NCBI RefSeq assembly: GCF_001949145.1
Contig: NW_019091357.1
Span: forward strand, 3,930,228-3,994,227
From: Acanthaster planci
Taxonomy: Eukaryota
DNA: 64,000 bases
Direction: 5' to 3'
Part shown: piece after piece, positions 37,153 to 50,200 of the stretch
Position numbering within the stretch: position 1 is the stretch's first letter
Layout of the letters: every line of letters starts with the position of its first letter
Made by a program: the position numbers and the translations under genes
Notes under the pieces: generated by a model
Databases searched by the model: none
What the model saw: the letters and a program-made list of their open reading frames with translations, nothing else
What the model was told of the DNA's origin: nothing

Positions 37153-39677
37153 ATCAACAGGTAACACTTCAGTGACTGAATAAATGTTACTTATGCACGC
37201 CACAGAAATGCAACTCGCGCGTTCATGGTTACCGCACAAGTTAAAAAATTAACAATTGTTGGGTACATGTTTAGGATATCGGTTTGGAACTGGATCGGGA
37301 AAATAGGGCCTAATACAATTAGTATTCTAATCTCGTAAAATCTCATACCATGAAGCTTTTCTCAGCGATGCATTACGAGGCAGCCTCCAATCTCAAAGCA
37401 AATGATTCTCTATCCTCGCCTAATGGGACCCTGCCACTAGCTAGAGTATGTATATTATTGATTCGTTTTAAACAAAATATAACATATCATCCTTCAACTT
37501 CCCTGCGTTATCAGAGAACTGCGTCTAACTTTGAGTAAACGAAGCCAGGATAAATGACCACCGTCTCTCAGAATTTCTTTTTCAGACTTCATTTTTTCTC
37601 CTCGCCTCAGCTTCAAAGCATTGTGTGCTGGCAAGCACCTTTTATCATCCAGAGAGCCTCGTTCGGGGCCTGAGCGAAGGTTGAGTGCTCTCCGTTGCGC
37701 CATTCGTGTCAACACTTCCAAACAAAACAACCGCGTGGCCCGGAATCGATTTGATTTGGCGAGCCGGGGGAGCGCGTATTATTGGCGCGAAAACAAACGG
37801 AACCAAACGAGCCGGCCGGTGCGGCAAAACATTTTGTGTGCCGCGGCGACAAGCGCAGCCATACGGGGCCGCGAATAAATCAAAGATCATTCATGCCAAA
37901 TGGGCTTTGGAGTATTTGCTCTTTCGTGCAGGAGCTTGTTGTTTATAGCTTGCAGCTTTCAGCCAATCTAATTAAATATTCCTATCCAGTGACTGATGTT
38001 CCAGTTTTTTACAATGGAAAAGGCTTGAAGGAAAAGTTATCCACTTGAAGCTACGCAAAAAATAACTGATCAAAGAATGGATAAAAAACGTTCTTTTTTC
38101 GCTGTGAACATACTAATGGTTCTAGATTTCCTGAGAGGTTCTGTGTATACTTTTTTCAGTTTTTAGGCCGGCATAACGTCATTTAGAAGCAATATAAAAG
38201 AGGGTGTCATTCAAGAAGGTTTCAAGTGAAATTTAGGAATTCTCGTGCATTTGAAGGAGGGAACTCTTGAGCTGCACTTGCCGTTGGCGAACTGTACTTG
38301 GGGCATTTTGCGCATGCATGTTTGATTGGGTGAAATTCAAAATAATGACACACGAGACTAAGAAATACTGTGCGAATTGTCAAAGTATGTAATACACAAA
38401 GCTAACACCCCTTTGGGGATTTAGAGCAACTTTGCAGCTTGAAACGAAATTTGTCATAAAGTGGCACGATCCATTGTACCTGTAGACCAACCAGCCAATT
38501 TTATTGCATGTCAGCAAGTGTCAGAAATAATTCATTTCAATCGTCTTAATGTGAATGAGATAAAAGCATTCTTTCTCGTGTTTAATGCCAGCATACAGAA
38601 CTGATTCAAAGGCAAATTCAACAACTGACTTTTAATTTGCCATGGAGTGTATTTTGTCCAAAATACACGAATGTGTAAATAAATTGATACAATATACTTC
38701 TAATACAATTTTACATTGATATTTCTTGGTCTTTATCCCTTTCAGCTTTGACCAAAGACCCCAGTGGAACCTGCAGTAAACAGCGCACTTTGGCAGGCTC
38801 TCGTCTATTTTGCGCATTCATCATTTGTACCTCGGTGGGGTGTAATGCCCGCCACAGGTACCGTATAGCATTCGGCAAGGAACTAGAAAACCCCCGTCTG
38901 TGCTGTACCGAGAGCGGGGGCTCTGGAATGGCGGCGGGTTCACTCCGGGCGAATTTGCACCGGACAGCCAAAGTGACGCGGGCGTGCACGTCCTCAAGAT
39001 TTCTTGTCCGCAATGTGCGCCTACAAGACTTACGGAACTAAAATCCCATCGATGATGAATCTCCACTGAATACCCAATTAAGTGGCAGGCTTGAAATGGA
39101 CTCGTAAACAGACTTACTCTTTTTCATCGCTGAAAAGGAAGTTTTCCATGAATAGAATTAGAATAACTACAACTTGCTTTGGAAGTATCCAAATACATCA
39201 AAATTTGACACAAAACTGCAGTGACTATCTAATACCGTTTTGTCGACTACAGAACAGTACGACTGGCTTCGATATTATCTTCTGTCTCGAATAAATATTA
39301 GCATAGTGTCACGAGGGAGGGAAGAGATAAGATTGCTAACAAAAGATAGAAGGGACGAGATCTGAATGATAATTGCCTTTGTCTGAGGAGAACCTCACGA
39401 CCTGCCGAGGAGGATTTCTCTTGTGACTCTGACTTGTATTCGAGGCGCTAATCAGTCGTGTTTGCACGGATTTTCTCGTTCTTCATCTCAAAATTTCGAA
39501 CTTCGCGCCTCTTAGCGCTAAGCCCAGGTTAACTGGGAATAACTGCATCTTACAATTGAAGTCCCGTCCCTCAAGACCAATTACGCGATGCAAGGTAGAC
39601 TAAATCAAGCGCATCTGACCTTGGCTGAGCCTCTTTAACCCTTTTACGAATTCAAAACCCAAGTTGGATGCGCAGCT

Positions 39678-39723
39678 GTGGTTATACCGTTATGAGGCTG
39701 GTGGTTATACCGTTATGAGGCTG
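39678..39723. repeat. Perfect 23-bp tandem duplication
   Basis: GTGGTTATACCGTTATGAGGCTG x2. Confidence 0.95.
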
Positions 39724-41057
39724 GTTTGCCACTCAAAGTCAAAAGAAAACATTGGTTGTTTGTGCTCCGTCGAAAACGCTAATTTATCTAATACGATCTT
39801 GAGTCGCGGTTGTGCCCCAACCATGCAAGTCGGGTTTTTTTCCCGGCAGATCCCCGCTCGGCGTACATAAGCATCGATTTGCTTGGTGCCATAGTAGATA
39901 AATTTCTTGAAAACTGACCTCGACGGGCTCGCTCCGGTCGCGTCTTTCCTCATCGCACCACCGCTGTCAGATATCCCGAGGGGCCAGCAGAAGCCGCTAC
40001 GTTAAATCGGTCGCGTCACAGGCGCCAGACTGTTATCGCGAAGTAAATAGACAAGACATGAAATAGATAAAGGCTGGGCTCGAACTCTTAACTGATTGGA
40101 ATTCTAGCAGGATTACATGCGGTTTTCAAAGCATAATTCGTAATTCCTATTGTCAAATATTGGTTGCCTTGACAAAACAAACGGCAAAGGCGCTTTGTGA
40201 ATGAAATGGCGTCTGATGTGAACAAGCGTGGGCACTGACAGTCACTGGTTTATGCACCCAGTTTTTCATTGTTGCGTCAGTATAGCTAAGGTGTACACAA
40301 ACAGTTTAAGCAAGCCATGCTTTGGGTTAATCATTGTGCACAATAAAACCCTTTGGAGTGTCGCAGCATCATTGTCCTCGGTTGTCACAGCAAAAGCCCC
40401 AACCTCCTGGAAAAGTTCGAAGATGAAGCATATGTACCAGGTGGTGTCTGTGCTGTCTCCTTCTTGTGAATTTAAAAATGTCAAATAGCATATCCAGCGG
40501 GCAGACCCCACAAACACAGGTAAATAGGATCGGCGAAGATTTAAAAGTGGCGCAGACACTCAAGGGTACATTCGAAGAAATTGAGGTATTTCTGTTACGG
40601 CGTGGAACCTCCATGAAAGCATTTGTCTCGTGCAGACACGAGGGAAATACTGCAAGTGACATCTCCCGTGCCACGTTTTACATCTCGCAAATTTCCCTTG
40701 GAGCCTACCTGATTGATTTTCTGACTTTATGCACCTGAACAACTGCTTAACTATTCACAGATCTATCAACCTTCCCTTTCAAGTCGTTTATCTGGCCATA
40801 TACTCCAAAGTAAAAGGCTTTTTTATTTGGATTACATGACTATAAAGGTGGGACTTTTTTCAGATAAGAATAAAAATAATAAAAAGGTACATAAACTCTA
40901 TTGTTAACTGTTAATTAGTTAAACCCGTATTTGTTCTAGTCCCAACTTCAAGAAATTGACCCACCATTGAAGCACATTAGATGCCAGTTACCCGTCTCGT
41001 CTCGATGTGAAAGCTGATGTTTACATGTTCGAAATGATCCTTTTATTTGTTATTTGT

Positions 41058-41465
41058 TCCGTTGGTTGGTATATTATCATTTGCACCCTGGGTGGGGGAT
41101 TTTCAGAACTTTTACATGTTCAAAATGATAATTTTGAACATGTAAACATGGTTATTACCATCTGACAGGTAGAATTCGAATACACTTTTTCCCAATCCCA
41201 TTATCTGTAGATGTTTGATACAATGTCCATTGACATTTTACTCTTTTACTGGCGATACATTATCGGTTATAGATTTTGCTTAATTACGTTCTTTGTCGAC
41301 AGATACATTATCGATTAGAAATTCCCCTATACTATATGGGTCAATTTGTGAAACATTATCGGTTGGTGATACATTGTCGTTCAATTTATGCTTCACCAGT
41401 TAGTGATATAACTTGTCCGTTGGTTGGTATATTATCATTTGCACCCTGGGTGGGGGATTTTCAGA
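41058..41465. repeat. Exact 50-bp direct repeat, 358 bp apart, enclosing short GATACATTATCG repeats
   Basis: TCCGTTGGTTGGTATATTATCATTTGCACCCTGGGTGGGGGATTTTCAGA at 41058-41107 and 41416-41465. Confidence 0.9.
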
Positions 41466-43029
41466 GGGGCCCGTGAGGCCAGTTTCGGGAGGCTGTTTTG
41501 GCGCTTTTGAGTCCAGTTCCTTCCACCCCCCGTCTGACAGTGACTTTAGGAAGAGAGAAACTTGAATCTACCCATGTTTGATTCAACCGTGGTGTCATTC
41601 ACGAAGTAATCTTTTCCGTGTCTATGCTTCCAACGCACACATTTTCCTCTTTTCTTCTCCCCTACACAGAGGATTAAACGTATTTAATTGCTCCACGTTT
41701 ACGCCCCGATGCGGCTCGTAAAATTTAAAGACGAGCCTTCACTACAACCAACCAGAAAGAAATAATGAACTAGGCCCTACAGCCAACATGACGGGACGTG
41801 TTTTCAGGCTGGCAGATATTTCTAGGCCCGGTAATGAAGCAACTCATGCGTTAGTGATTCGGCTATTGTAATCTTTGAATATCGGTGATCATATATCATT
41901 GATAATGGAAAGAAAACTGAAGCAAACTATTCAAGGACATGGTTTTGTTTTTCCATCCTTTCTAATTGCCTACCAATCCAATCACCTGAAGTGATTGTAA
42001 TTGCTTCACGGTCTTTGGATGTGCAAGTCGACAGTTTCTATTCCTTTTGGGTCATTCATGATTCAACAAAGAACTGTAAGTATGTCTGTATTTACACTAC
42101 TGATATATTCCAGAATCCCATTATTCGAGCTTAAAGCTGTGCTGGCCGTATTTTAAAAAGTAATCAACTTTCTTTTCGGAATGACCTTTGAAGGAATATG
42201 ACGTCCTGTGACGAATAAACTTACTTGTTTGTATTTTGCCTGCCTGTACGCAGATTAAAAGATTTGTGGTGGACCAATTTGTTTTTGATCGATTTCTCAC
42301 TGGAGAGCTCACAAGTAATACATTTCTGGAGAAAATTTAACATTTCAATTTAAAAATCTATTTTGAGAAGGAGTGCCAATTTACACAAGCACGGGCAGTA
42401 CTGCTGCCGTCTGTGCCCCTAGTCGATCTCGAGACCGTATGTGCCAAGCAGTAGGTTTTTTGTCTCCGGGGATGCACCAAGCTGTAACACAGCGGGACCG
42501 AAATCTAAGTCATTTGCATTTCGTTACTTGATCATAATATCACCTTGGGACTTACCGGTACTGCACGTGCGTTGAGAAATCAATTTGAAACTGGTTGTCG
42601 TTCTTCATTTCCATCCCGGTCCGTCAGGAAAACAACGAAGCCAACCATCTTTGTTGAGATTATATCGGTGTAACTCTAAACAAGAGTAGGATCAACATTA
42701 TGTCAACCCCGTGGGGCCAGTCATTAATCACTGGTGAAGCTTGTTCCATTTGACATTATTCATACATCCTTAATTGTTCGCATAATACACGAATGCATGC
42801 AGCAGCATCAGTGTTCCTGTGAGACCAAAAGCATCTCGAAGGGAAAAAAACAGAGCTCTTTTACAGCTGTCATCCAACTATAGACATGCAGGCTTGCTTG
42901 GAAAACATTGGAATCTTTCATTACAAAAGATAAGATGAACCGTAAATATTGGTTTTTGTACGTCTTCAGTTCCCTAGAAAGAAAACTGGTCGTAACCTAC
43001 AGGTTTGCGACCCCGTTCACAGCCCTTGG

Positions 43030-43260
43030 AAGGCAGAAAGCAGATGGCCACTTTTTGGCCGAATATGTAAAATCTGCTTCTCTTGTATCAACAAAAGAAT
43101 AGTGAAGCAGAATTCGCAGTTGTTTTCAACGTTCGATCGCTCATCTCCTGGTCCTAGAAAAGAAAAGCATATGTGGCCGCTTTTCGGCCGCCTTATGTTG
43201 TCGAAACGCTAAATTCAACTTTCTTGCAGGCAAAAAGCAGATGGCTACTTTTCGTCCTCC
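43030..43260. repeat. Three diverged copies of a ~30-bp motif (AAAGCAGATGGCCACTTTT(C/T)GGCC)
   Basis: Copies near 43033, 43160 and 43229. Confidence 0.6.
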
Positions 43261-43953
43261 ACACCCACTATATTTACCTTATTACGAAACAATTAGCAAG
43301 AGCGATGTTGCTCTAACGACTTGGCCCACATGATTCCACAGTGCATACATGCATATATACAACGTTGTCTCGTGACTGCTGTTATTAGTAAGCACAGTAT
43401 CGTCTGCGGCCCGTACCAGGATGCAAATGTTTGCTCTGGTCTAACATTACGTTTCTGCGCAAATGACAATTAATTTCTGACATAAAACGGCAGTGCTTCT
43501 ATACAATTCACCGCTGAAGCCTTTGAAACATACACAACTTTGCATGTCCAGGCAGAAGCTGCCATGCCATTGCCACTCAGAAATCAAAGATGGCCGCCCC
43601 TTTCCAATAATGTCAGCTATAGCGGCTGCCTGAAAGAAATTTTATGTGGAAATTGACAAATTTTTGGATGCAGAATGATCCCGTTGTGGACCTTCAATAT
43701 TCCAAACAATTAGTGGATCGTCCATTGGTATAAAGTTAGCTATTTTCCCGAAATCCAAAGGTCCCCAGATATTTCAAAATGCCCAACAGAGCTTCCCCCA
43801 GCCAAAAAACCTGTATTTTGTAGAAATCTAAAAGACTTGTGTTATTTCATTGATTATTTCTCGAGTGCTTTGAAGCAATACAGGTATTTGCATTTCGTCA
43901 GCGTTTCCGATGGTTACAGTGAGTGTCGACTGATGTCAAGTGGCAAATGTCCA

Positions 43954-44230
43954 CAAGGGCGGATCCAGGGGGGCAACGGGTGACCAAGCCCCTCAGCCCC
44001 ACCCCCTCCCGAAAAGAAGAGGAACCATTTCTTTTTTGTTTAATGCATGCAACGAGAGACGGCAATTTGTTTGGTCTATTTCATTTCTCTTCCTTGCAAA
44101 AGCGTGCAAAAAGCCCCAAAATATAGCATGACAGAAAGGCTTTCGAACGTTGCACATGAAAACATTTCTAACTCCCCCCCCCCGCAAGTTTATCCCTCTA
44201 CCGGAAAATTTGCTTCTGGATCCTCCCTTG
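43954..44230. mobile_element. MITE-like element with 15-bp terminal inverted repeats
   Basis: CAAGGGCGGATCCAG (43954-43968) pairs with CTGGATCCTCCCTTG (44216-44230), one mismatch. Non-coding interior; no clear TSD. Confidence 0.7.
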
Positions 44231-47200
44231 AATAACCATCCAAAGGATTATAAACCTTTAACCGACTGTTGCGAGTTCAGGTAGATGCAGGAAACGTGAG
44301 GATAAACTGCGGCGCTCAACCCGAAGCGTCAAATTTCAGTCAATGCTCGCAAGCTGCATTTTCACCCTTTCACTCAATCCGGCGCGTGCGGAACGAAGAA
44401 ATGGACGAGGGAAGGAATCCGCCAATTTGCTAATTGCGCTTCGGAATCCTAGTTTCCGAAATTAAAGCAGGTCGAACAGTCCAACAGCTTGCTCGTACTC
44501 GCGCGGGCTGCCTTTTGAAATTGCTGCTAAAGCACACTCTCCTGAGGCATTAGAGGGATCGGGATGATCTCCACGTGAATATTTTGCTCGCTCACCAAGA
44601 ACAGTCCAGCTTCAACATGTTCCTCAGCTGCTGTCCCGTTGGCAGCATTACTAACACAGCCCCCATTGCGGATTTGCCATCTGATTTCTGATGAAGGATG
44701 GATCACTGGATACCGAAATTGAAGAAATCAAGACCCTTGACTTTGTTTTCCCCCCTTGCACTGACAAGCCAAAGACATCCTTGTGTAATAAGCCATCCCA
44801 TACTTTGTTCCTGACAGCCCCGTCTTTTCCAGGGAAATAACTGCAGGTGTGTTAAATCTCGCACCGTTTTACATGTATTCGATTGCCCTCACAATCTATA
44901 TAAATCATAGGGTTATAAAATGTCTGAAGCATTTAAAAACCAATTAAATGATATCTTTCCATTGGCAAGATTTCCACGTGTATTAAATTTGAAAGACGCC
45001 CCCCCGTGTTCCAACTTTTGTTGGTACTTCTTGGCAAAGATAAAGCATTAAAAAGCGGAAGAGTGCAGTCCGAGGTGAGTAGATTTCCATACACCGAGAA
45101 CACTGATGCTTGTTTTCCCTGAATTGCAAATTATATTTTTATGTAGGCTTCAACATCGGCGGATATGATATTAATGAGGGAAGCAAGGTTGCTTGGCAAC
45201 CCGGCTCAGCAAAATATCAAGAGGTATTCCAGCGAGGGACCGCGATGATATCCCCCCCCCGGTCACAGAGACAGCGATTCACGTTGCCAGTCAACTGCTC
45301 ATCGTTCGGTTGACCGACTGCCAATCATTTCAGTGGCGGGCGTTCTTGATACCTCTTTCATACGTTAGTCTTCGCAGTTCAGTCTTGCACATTCACAGCA
45401 ATATAAGGCTGGATATCAGCTTAACAACCTTGGTCCCTCAATTTAGTTTTCTTGAGTGATTTGGATGAAAACAAAGATTTCAAGAACAGCAGGCTGATTA
45501 CAAAAAAATAGAAACTATCACAAAATAAAACCACCTTGTTTTTTCAGTACAATCTGTAGACAAAACTCACCAACCTCAAACTAAAATGCGGGTAGGCCCT
45601 TATTCTTTGTTTTCTTTGTTGTAGAGTAATGTTGAACGCGACAGTATGAGCTAACAATGTGACCAGCTACATTTGTTCAGACATGATCACTGCCCTTTTC
45701 CTCGCTTTGTACAAGTAAACCTTCGCACTACCCCGCCTCTTGTTACTAGGTTCAGCTCATGGACCTATTTTCCATGGGGGAATGAAGAAAACGTACCCAC
45801 CCCCTACACACACACAAACTCTTCGACCAGGGGGATAAGCTATAGATGTATTATACTCAAATTCATGTTTTTAATGGCTTCTTGACAAGTTACAAGAACT
45901 ATTAGGTTAAATGCATTCTTTCTACGGGTGTTGTTGCTGTGATGTCATCTACCGATGAGGGCATGGTTTAGTACATCAGTTGTTCATGTTCAAATTGTGA
46001 ACCCCGAATTTAATCACTGAAAACATTTATGAAGAAGGAATGCCTATTTATTGCTACGCATGTACTACCACAACAAATCACACGAAAAATACATTTAGGC
46101 CATCAAATCTTCTACAAAATGTTGGACTTTCTTAAACGCAAACTATTGTAACATCGAGGTTTCTTCCTGGAATGGCATCACAGTTTTGCTAATGAATATG
46201 GGAACACTCATCAGCAAAAAAAGATGAAATAGTGAAACGAACATTGCAAATGAGGTTAACTGAGACACAAAGGTGCACTGTGGAGGTCTGTGTTAAAAGA
46301 ATACCATTGTTGCAACCCTTCAAGAGATCCCCCATCATCCTTCCTCTGTGTAATCAATAGTGATGCCCATTCGCAAGGTGGAACCCTACAACTTCTTCAC
46401 TATGCAGGAAAGCAACAACAGAAGTCAGTTTCAATGGTAGCGGCTGTTTTAAGCGAGTCGGCGACATGATTTTGTTTTCTGTGACACATTGAGATCGCAC
46501 TCATTTTTTTTTTCATCACGAAAATGTTTCCGGAGTTGAGTTGGAATATATCCCCTTCAATTTTGGCCAGGAGGAGTGGACATCGGTTTCTTCCCCTTGG
46601 GAAAACATTACATAAGCGCACAAAAGCGAGAGCACACATACTGTGAACGATTGGCGAGAAGTGCGCCCTCGTGCACAGCCGAAGACAAGCGTTCAATCAC
46701 GCGGTGCTATTCCGAGAGCCTATGGATAGACGGGGAAGGGAATTGCTCCGCAAGGATGAAATTCGAACTGTCGCCAGAGTACGAACACAGTACATTACGC
46801 GTACTTTAGTGCATTCAGCCAGACATGGCTGTCGTCTTAATCCCCAATGCCAGCAGGGACATTTTGAACACAACATGCTGAGGCAACCAGACTTGACGAA
46901 AGGCTATAGGGGCCTAATACGGTGGCTCCGGAGGATTGCTTTGTCTTCATAGAGAAATTCCAGAAGCTGCTAGTCTACGTGAAGACTCGTCTCCTCTCAA
47001 AGATTGGCGTAGAACCATTTTCCCATAGGAAAGTACATGCTATATCCCTGGATTGTTGTGTCAGTTTTTTTTTTAAATGTACGCCGACAGTGATCGCCAG
47101 CGCGCCCTCAACATCTGGAAGCAGCTCTCACTCGTGCAAGCATGATGTGTTTATGGCCAAAAGTTCTTCATAGGGTGGCAGACCTTGTACATAATCTGCC

Positions 47201-50200
47201 AAAGACAATATGAGCGATAAATACCCCACTTCAAAAATTCAGGAATAAACAAGTGTCTGAGATGTTCGAAACACACATCAAATTAAAGCTTATTTAAATC
47301 ATCAATTTTCTTGTCAACGTTTTGAGACATTTCTCTACAAAGACGATCATCCCAAACATAGTCATGAAGCATATAGCCATTTTGCAAATTGATGCCTACA
47401 CTCCGCTGCAAATTATAGCAGTCAGGAGAAACCTGTTTCGTCCGATAGTGTCAGCAGTAACAGCTGACAGTCCTGCTGGTAGCTTCCATTGTTTTTAACA
47501 ATCCATTCCAAGTGTCGCCCCGCGAAAAGTTCGAGGCCCAACAGCAGAGAATTTGACAGCACGCAAAGTCTGATTTGGTCCGCGCAGGCAATGCAGGGTC
47601 TATTTACTGGCCGGCAACCTTTACGTAGTCCTTTCAAAGTCTTCAACTGGAAAACTTCCAAAGCCCAGATGGGTGCTGTGTCCCAATTCAAGGAAAATTC
47701 TCCGCCAAGCGGAGGCGCTTCAAAAGTACCCCTGCAGATTCTTTCGAAAAGAAATGGTGGGATTGTGTCAGTATGGCCCAGGATCATCTCTGTAGATTCC
47801 GGGGCACCCATCTGGGGACAAAGCAGACAAAAAATGTGATTGAAAATTTATCAGAAGAGCCCGAGAAAGGTGAGGGATGTCATTTGAAAAATGGCTGCTG
47901 AGAAGACTTGGGAACACTCACTTTTGGGGGGTGAGTTTGTTTGGGGCGGATAATTAAAAAAATTTATTGGTTAACCTACTAAAACTTGAAAGTCAAATGA
48001 AATCTGAAGGATCAAACAACACATTGTTTTTTGTTTGAGAGGCCTCGGGAACTTCAGTTGCCGGTCATGGGGCTCCAAACTTTGTTGATTTTACACTATT
48101 TTCAACGGAACTTGAATTGGTTCAGTGCACCCAGATGCCTGGCACACCTAACGTAAGTGATCTGCAGGAGTGCGTGACAAGATGACGCAACAGGTGGAGG
48201 TTGCAGTAATTCATTCCAAGGGGGAATTTTCTGTCAAGGAAGTATTTGATCCCCTCTCGTCGTGTGCCAAGGAAAATGACGTTTATTAGCAACCCAGCAC
48301 GCATATGTTACTTTTAGAGATAATCGGTTTTAAGGTTTTTGGGCTTCCAAGCTGTAAAAACCAATGCCCTTTATAAGCACGTCTTTGCGTTCATTGTAAA
48401 TATGTAATCCTTTCAAGATTAACCACTTCTTGGAAATGGAAAGTGTTTGGGTGTTCAGAAAGTGTTATCCCCCGACAAACGTGTTTTTGTGTCTTGTTAT
48501 TGACACCCATGTGTGTCTTTGTGCCTGAATTTATTAACACATCAACATGTATTTGTATTTTTGAAGGAACGCCAGATTGTGTTCAGCATTCGATTATTAA
48601 CACCAAAACCCATTCACATAGTGTTGGCTTTTAAAAGGCGTTAAAACCTTAACACTCGATTTTACAGCACATTTCTAAAAAAAATCCTACGAGTCTGAAT
48701 TTTATACTGATGAAGTTTTGTTAATGGTAGACTAATCCAGTGGTACTGCACCTTTAGTGCACATTCCCGCTGGACCATGTAAAATGGCGGAAAAGGATCA
48801 CGTTGGGCTTTGTTTGGAGCGACTGTCAGTGGCTGCGTTCAACAGTTATTAGAATGTTTATGCAGGGAAGGCAGTGCAGATGACCAGTGACATTGTTACC
48901 ACAGTTGCTAGATTCGTCCATACGGAGGAGGAATGAGGAAATTAGCATTGCCGATTGCCAGAAAGGATGGAAGATGTACTGCCAAGGGCCAACTGGAGCG
49001 AGGACTATTTTGTCACCCGCTTTTTTGTGATGGAGCCAATTTTGGTAAAAGGTTAAATAAAGCTGAAATAAGTTTCACTTTCACTTTTAAGTAGATGAAG
49101 TCAGCTATTCTGTTCTGTCTCGATGATTTAGCAGAAAGGAAGGCTGAGTACTACCAAGAGAAACCAACACAAAACTGACACTTTTACAGGCTGGGTGGTG
49201 ATACTTTTCTAATTGGCTAAATAATTACGAAACCATCTGTAATGACTTTTTTCATTAAACACTGACTGAAATTGATTAGTTTTTGTCCTTTACCCTGAAT
49301 ATGCATGTCGGAAGATCCGTAATCCATAATGTGTGACCTTACAATGCATTCATCGTTTCCGCTATCTTTCTGCTTTTGATACACGATTTTTGCACTTTGT
49401 CACTCTTCACCTTCACACGACGAGGGCATAATCGACCATTTTGAGTTGGTCCGTGAATCTCCATCATTCCCTTGTCAAAACTCAGGGGGGGGGGCGGATC
49501 ATCCCCAATTCCCAGGAGTCAATGCATCTATAAATACACGTCATTCTCTCCACGGACGGGATAGGAGGATTCTAAAGCAAAGTCCAGTCTGCCCACGTGC
49601 TTCGAGCTTAATTGCCAACCGGGAATCCATTGCTTAGTCGTGTACACAAACCAATTGACTTTGGACCGTGATGAGATCTTTGCATAAGTTATTACCACTT
49701 CGCTGTTACCGTACACAGCCCAGCAACGCAACAGACATCTAGTTAACAGTTTAACCTTTACACGATTCAAGCAACAACCTCCTACATTAAACGCATCTAT
49801 TGGACAGACTGTAGCCTAGGAATTCCGGCCAAAGTTTCAAAGGTAAGCTATGAGCTTGATTGTGTTCGGAAGTGGTAGTCACGTCCATCCTCACTGTATT
49901 GTAACACAAGAGACACCAGAGAATTGTGATGACGTGCAGTTGAGGTTGGAACTTAGCCAGCATGTGTCATGTCACAAGCTAATGACTCGAATGAGACGCA
50001 GCAGGCGCACGTATACGCAAACTGTTCGGGAAAAAAACATTCAGTGATATTGTAGCATACAGAATAATACATTACTAAATCCACGTTTGAGAACCGCACG
50101 TCGCACAAACGTAAGGAAGTGTGCGCGTGTAGCGTGACAAAGTTGGACAAGTCACGCACTTTTCATGTTCTTCCCCATGAAAATGACTGCCCCGTGTGCC

